Shown here: piece by piece, positions 57,838 to 64,000 of the stretch
Position numbering within the stretch: the stretch's first letter is position 1
Layout: every line of letters begins with the position of its first letter
DNA from: Azolla caroliniana
Taxonomy: Eukaryota; Plantae; Polypodiophyta
Length of the DNA: 64,000 nt
Direction: 5' to 3'
Assembly: GCA_043228905.1 (NCBI GenBank)
Contig: JBHGNT010000006.1
Coordinates: 744,001 to 808,000, forward strand
Translations under genes and position numbers: made by a program
The notes under the pieces: generated by a model
Databases searched by the model: none
What the model was told of the DNA's origin: nothing
The model's input: the letters and a program-made list of their open reading frames with translations, nothing else

Positions 57838-60800
57838 TGTCGAGGTATTCCTCGCGGATGCGTGGAGTGAGGCGGGACCTCGGGGGTCCTGTACCGAAGA
57901 GTAAGAGAGAGAGAGAGAGAGACCCACTACGTGCGAGCGTAGATTCACAGGGACACGGCCCTTCGACGCAAAGATGCGAGTGGGACAGCGACACAGAAAG
58001 ACACGAAAGTATGTATGTATTGACAAGACAAACAACAAGAACACGAAGACAACAAAACACGAAGTCGGTTACAACCGAACAGGCCAGCGGACAGATGCCG
58101 ATACCTGTTCGTAAACGCACAGGAAGACAGGAACAAGTTGGAGGTGCTGCCGGAAGCACTCGGGCATTCCTCAGAGCAGCGCGAGCCTCCCGAAACCTGC
58201 ACAGAAGGAAGCTATGGAGTCTGCGAACCAGAGAGAGAGAGAGAGAGAGAAGCCTTCACGCCCAATCCGACAGCACTTCGTCCTCGACTCTCCGCGATCC
58301 CTCTACCCTCCTTGTCTCCCTCCTTTTATAGGCAAGGAAGGAGCCGTTTCCCCTCTACTCCCTACCTACCGAATCTACCTAGGATCTCCTATGTTCAACT
58401 TAAGTCGCACGTGCATGAAGAGTCGGTTTCTACGCTCCGGTGCACCGATTCCGCTCGTGGTCGGTTTTCTTCACGACATCCGCCCCCACCTAACCGCGCA
58501 TCCACCGGCATGCGCCAATTGTGTTGGGACGGAAAAAACCGTTTCCCAGCTACCGGTATCGCCACTCTCGTGCCGTCGAGTTCCGCCAAATGGTACATCC
58601 CGTTGTCGTTGGCGCTTTGTACCACGTAAGGCCCGAACCACCTTCTTGCGAACTTCCGCGTCGCTCGGTGCTGGTTGTCGAGGCTGCTGTCGTAGACTAG
58701 CACCCAATCGCCTTCCTCGATCTTCTTCGGTCGGAGCCGGTGCGTCCGGTCGAACCGGGCTTTGTTCCTCGTCCTGGCCACCCGAAGTTTTTCCGCAGCC
58801 TGCTCCATGTCCTCCGGTTTCCGCTCGAGCTGTCGTATGCGCGCCGTCAACAGTTCCTCCCGGCTCATCTCGTCTCTCCAGTCCACAGTCGCCCATGAGG
58901 AGACCGTACGTTCGATTGGCATGATCGGTTTCTGCCCAAACATGAGCTCTGCCGGCATGAACCCGGTTACTGAACTGTGCGTAGTCCGGTCAGCCCACAA
59001 CGTGTAAGGCAGTAGCCGCGGCCAGTTCCCGAATTGACCTCCGCATGCCCGAACTAATGCCTTGACGATCGGTCCGTGTCCGCGCTCCACCTTCCCATTT
59101 GCCTCTGGATTGCACGCAGTGGTAAGCGAGAGCTTGACCCCTAACCGGTCGAACAGCTCCTCGGCCTCCTCGGCGTCCAACTCCCCGCGATCAGCCACGA
59201 TCTTCCTGACGCACCCGTACCGGCATATTACGTCCTCGAGCAGGAACCGACATACGGCCGCAGTCGTTTTGTTCTGAAGGGCCCGGCCTTCCACCTGGTT
59301 CGTTAGATCTTCCCGAGCCAGGACCAGATACCGCATCTGTCCTACTCCTATTGGCATCGTTACCAGGTCTACCATCCATTTGAAGTGGATGGTCGGAGGG
59401 TACGTAGGGTGAAGTTCGTCCCGGTGTCGGACTACGGAGTGCATCTGACAGCTCTCGCAAGTTGTCACGAATCGATGCACGTCCCGGTACAGTCCCGACC
59501 ACCAGTACTTCCCCTTTATCTTCTCGAACGTGGCCCAGGTTCCACGGTGTCCGGCCTAAGGGCTGTCGTGGTAGGCCGTCAGCAGCTCCTCCTGTTCTTT
59601 CTGCATTGCCACCACCCAGAGCGGAGCGCCGTCCCTCTTCTTCGGGTGCTTCCATAAGTATCCGTCCCGGAGAAAGAATCGGTAAGCTTTCTTCCGGATC
59701 CGGTTGGCCTCGTCCTTCGTCCATGACGCATCCGGCGTCATTGTCCTCAAGAATCCACCGATCTGGAGCCACTCGCCGTCGTACTTGCTCTCGTCGAAGT
59801 CGTTAAGTGCGGAGTGCTCGTCCCATCGGTCGTCACGTACGCCGCCTCGAAGAAGTCCACGCCGACTTCTTCGTCCTCCGAAACCATGCCGCCCTCGTCA
59901 TCAAACCTCGCCCTCGAAAGCATGTCGGCCATGGCGTTGTCCTTTCCGGAAATGTGTCGTATCTCCGGGTCCAGGGACTTGATGTACGCTATCCACCTGA
60001 GCATCGCCAGGTCCGGTGTCGCGCATCCGGAAACCATGCCAAGGATCGGCAAGCAATCCGTCTCGATAATCACTTCTGTCCCGATCAGGTAGTCTTTGTC
60101 CACCTTTACCGCCGAAACGATACCCCAGAGCTCGGGTTTAACCTGGGCGTACCCTCGCTGTCGCTCACTGAGGACCTTAGCGCCGAATCGGATCGGGAAC
60201 CGGGTGCCGTCCTCGTCTTCTTGGTTGACGACCCATCCGATCCCGGTCGGCCTCGTATCCACCGTTATGTATACCGGGGTACCCTTCTCGTAGACAGCCT
60301 TCCGGAGCGCCGGTGCCGCCGCAAGAGCTTCCTTCAGCTTCTGGACCGACCCCGTGTGCTCGTCTCGCCACTCGAATCTTTGCCCCTTCTTCAGCAACCC
60401 GTATAGTGGCTCCGCAACGTGGGCGTAATGCGGGATCCATATGTGGTAGAATGCGCATGCCACCAGGAACCTCCGAACTTCCGTAACCGAGCTACAGTCG
60501 GTCTTCATTGCGGAGATGGCTTCTACCTTTGCCGGAGACGGCTTCCGGCCATATGGTCCACATAGATGCCCGACCACCAGGATTTCTGATTGCCCGAAGG
60601 CCGATTTCTCCCCGGAGAAGGTGAGCCTCGCATCCTCTAGCCTTTGTAGCACCTTCTCGCAGTCGTCGATGTGTGTTGCTACGAATCGCCGGCATCCATC
60701 CGGCCCGAGTGCCTCGTCCTTCTCTTCCACCGGGCACCCTTTGATGGGGATGTCGTCTAGAAACGGCATGGTGATGTCCGGGATGCAATCCCTCAGTACT

Positions 60801-63800
60801 TTGTTCATTGCATTCACCATGTGGGCCACCGAGTTGGTCCCTCCTTGTGGCAGGGTACACATTCGCATTAGGCCGAGGGGAGTTCGCATTGTCGTAATGT
60901 CTCTGCTCTCCACGGCTAGCTGGAACTGGTCGTACCCCGAGTACAGATCACCGACTGAGTAAATCGACCTTCCGGCGAAGGCCTCCGCGAACTCGTCTAT
61001 GGTCGGTCCGATTCCTGCGTTCCGGATGGTCACTCTGTTGACCGGCTGCAGGTCCTGAATGAAGCGCAATGTTCCGTTTTTCTTTGGTACGGTAAACCAT
61101 CGGTTCGAGTATGGCGCGCTCGACGGTTCGAGAATACCCATATCGACTTTCTGCCTCAATAGCTCCATCAACTTCGGGATGTGAGCTCTCGGTACTGGAA
61201 TCGGCTTGAGATTCCACGGTACATGTGGTACCGTGAATATCACCATCGGCTCAACGATCGTCGGGTCTACGCACCCGATTTCTTCCGGCGAGAATGCGAA
61301 GGCTTTCCCGTGCCTTCCGAGCATCCTCCGAAACCGGTCTTCCTCCGCAGACAGTAGGAACCCGCCCCCACCGATTTTGAGCTCCCGGAGCGTCCCGTCC
61401 GTGAAGGTGTGCCCTATGGAGGCCGGATCTCGTAAACTGGGGTCCGACGCAACCCCTCTGATCCTGGACTCGCTGCCCTCCGGTAAGGGTGCCGCGACTG
61501 GCCTTACCTTCCGGTCCACAGTCTTGTACTTTGTGCTAACTCGGGCCGTCCGATCCGACCCGAGCCCCCGACTGAAGTTCGCGATGACTTCGTACATCTC
61601 TTCGGAACATACCGGTATCATCCGGTCTTCGTTAAGGTCTTCTCCGACAACCTTCCTCAGCATCCCTAAGGTGTGGTCAAAGGAGACCGCCTCCACGGCT
61701 CCGCTGATTTCCTCGTCCGTGCCGAGAACTCCGCACGCTCGAAGTCGCTCTTCCGCCCTTGTCTTTTCTCGGCCTACGATGCCAACCATCATACACCCTT
61801 CATTGTCGGAGAAGCAAAATCTCCTGCCTATCGTACAATCGTGGGGTCTTTCCCGAGTGTCCGGACTGTCTCGGCCCCACGCCTTGGCAGCCCTCTCTAA
61901 AAATCCTCCCGGTTCTCGCCACCGAGGGACTCGCGGTTTCTCTCGTGGTTCGGCCGCACCGTCAAAAATTGCACCGAATGGTGCCCGTCCTGGCTTTTGA
62001 CCCTCGTGTAGGCCGAACCGTTGTCCAGCACCTTGGTCTCCATTCTCGCCGCCGTGATGTATGGTTCCCCTAATATGACCGGATGCGAGGATGTCTCCTG
62101 TATGAAGAAGTGCTGGTCTATCTCGACGTCGCCGATCTTTACTCGCACATTCGGGTAGGCCCCGTGCAGCTCCTCGGTGGCGCGCGTCGCCGCCCGTATC
62201 TTCCACCCGTGCCTGGTGTTGATCGACCACTTTCCCTTCTTATAGAAGTCCATGGACATTAGGTTTATTTCCGAACCGTGGTCCACCAACGCCACCACCG
62301 GTTCCTGAACACCTCCGATTTTTACCGGGGTCTCCGTGGTCGCTCAGGCCCAGTGTGGCCTCGAATAGTGGCTCTCCGCCCACTCATCTGCCAGCGCCGA
62401 GTCGTCGATGTGCGTCGTCCGCACCTCTACCGGTCTTTCCGGATCCGTCTCCGTTGACAGCCTCTTCCGTTTCACCAGGTCCACAATGGAGTCGTGGAAT
62501 TCCTTCTTGGCGATCCCTAGCACCTCTCGCAATGACAGCTCCACTTTGCTGTCGAGGATCCGTTCCTCTAGGACCTTCCGTAGGTCTGTAGTCCTTTCTA
62601 TTTCTGTCCCTAGTTGGTACCCGCCCTTCCTGGGGTTATCTTGTGGGCCGGGCCCACCGGCATCGTTCCGTTGTTGTCCGAATCGGGTCTCGTACCGTTG
62701 TGAGGGCCCGGTCGCTCCGGCTTTCCCCACTCGTTTCTCTTCTACCAGAGCCTCGTAGTTCCGGCAAGCGGCTTCTACGAAGCCCGTCTTCTCCTCGACC
62801 GGATCGCTCCACCCGGTTATTTCCCGGACCCGTCTCTCAGCGTGGTCCGTTTCATCTTTCCTCAGTCGCGCGCCGGCGAGGCCTTCCAGCATTGCCGACC
62901 AGAAACCGTCTTTGCTCTCCTTTCGGGTCTCGCTGCCCCCGACCCGAATACCGGCCGACGCCGAGTAGTGGATGGCCTCCACGTGTCGGGCCACTGCCTC
63001 TTCCATCAGTCTCTTCATACCTCCTCGCCCGTCGTTTCGGCTCAGGGCCCTCTTGGTGTCGCCAGCGTGCACCCGGCCTTCCCACAGGTACACCACCCGG
63101 TTTCTCAACGCCTCTGCGAAATCGCCGCAGTCCTTCCGAATGTGGCCGACCTCGTCGCACCACATGCACCTGTTCCCCGCTGCCGGCCGTCGGTCACGAG
63201 CCGGTTCGCCGCCTTCCCTTCGAGTCTGGGCGATCTGGAGATCCTTTATCGCCCGCGTCAACTCCTCTAGCGCGGCTCCTCCGGACGAGCCATTGACCAT
63301 GCTGGTCGAAGCCGGACCGGTTTCGAGCCATTCCCGGGTTTCTTCCCTTCGCACTTGCGGTGCCGGTTCAAGCCTCCTTGCTGTAACAGAGCCTGCACCT
63401 GCCGCCCCGTTGTCAGCCCATTCTCGCCGTTTGTCGAAACGGCCACAGACTCTCTTAACCGCAGCCCAGTCGGTTGTCAGCCCGTCTTCAGTTTCCAGCA
63501 AGGAGCCGACTTGATCCCGGTCCCGCTCGTCCACCGACTTGACGAACAGTAGGACCCGGCTCGTATCCAGAATGGTTCGGTCAAGCGCCGAAAGGCGCGC
63601 AAAGCGTTCTTCGAACTCCCGGAGGAGTGCTGACGCATTTCTTCCCTTGCCGGGGAACTCCACCCATTCCATGAAGTCCCGTTTCGAAAGCCGGAGCGCG
63701 TCGTCCAGCCCATATTTCTCTAGGAGTCGGCCTTCGAACTCCTCCCAGGTACGGCTCTCCGCCCGTACCTCGTGCACCTCCACATGGATGCTCGGCATCG

Positions 63801-64000
63801 CCACTCGAGGGAACCCGGCAAGACGCCTCTCTTCCGGAATGTCCCGCATCAGCATTTCCGCCCCGTAGGACGCCAAATACTTCGTAGCATCCTTTCCGCT
63901 GAAACGGACGATCGTACCGACGACCGCCTCAATGGCTCTGTCGAGGGCACCGGTGCCCTCGCGTGTGCTCAATATCCGATCCACGGCCGAAGCCATGGCC
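57838..64000 (-). mobile_element. Element H: older copy of the same Gypsy group; 5' end beyond the window
   Basis: 3' LTR at 57838-58478, flanked by ACGT. gag/pol collinear with G, with stops at 62344 and 59556, a frameshift near 59810 and a deletion of the integrase C-terminus near 58540. Confidence 0.93.

Noticed and set aside
59747-62230. 827-aa ORF with an apparent novel N-terminus
   Set aside because: It is H pol. The part upstream of the slippery site is the -1 frame of the protease region, open by chance.

Overview
Land-plant nuclear DNA, probably from a non-seed plant (inferred from the Gypsy lineage present). The first ~6.9 kb holds one two-exon host gene of the At1g76660/At5g52430 Ser/Pro-rich family (2119-4027). 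From ~6.8 kb to the end the window is a nest of LTR retrotransposons up to five layers deep, resolved here from termini, PBS/PPT and target-site duplications (TSDs). It contains an old minus-strand Copia host (A), four Tnt1/Tork-like Copia elements (T1 intact; B, C, D decayed), an Athila/Tat-related Gypsy (I), three solo LTRs and a distinctive Gypsy group. That group has three autonomous-type copies (F, H, and intact G), one non-autonomous partner (E) and a solo LTR related to E. Members share TGTCG...CGACA termini, an 18-nt tRNA-Trp PBS (seen in E, F, G) and a pre-PPT hairpin with a compensatory change. All five insertion sites read ACGN in element orientation, and the four complete ones have 4-bp TSDs. 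The autonomous copies encode Gag-protease, then RT-RH-INT in the -1 frame after a G_GAU_UUU heptamer and a predicted pseudoknot. E encodes only a Gag N-terminal domain fused to ~850 aa of low-complexity, partly repetitive sequence. All alignments and mismatch counts were made by eye.
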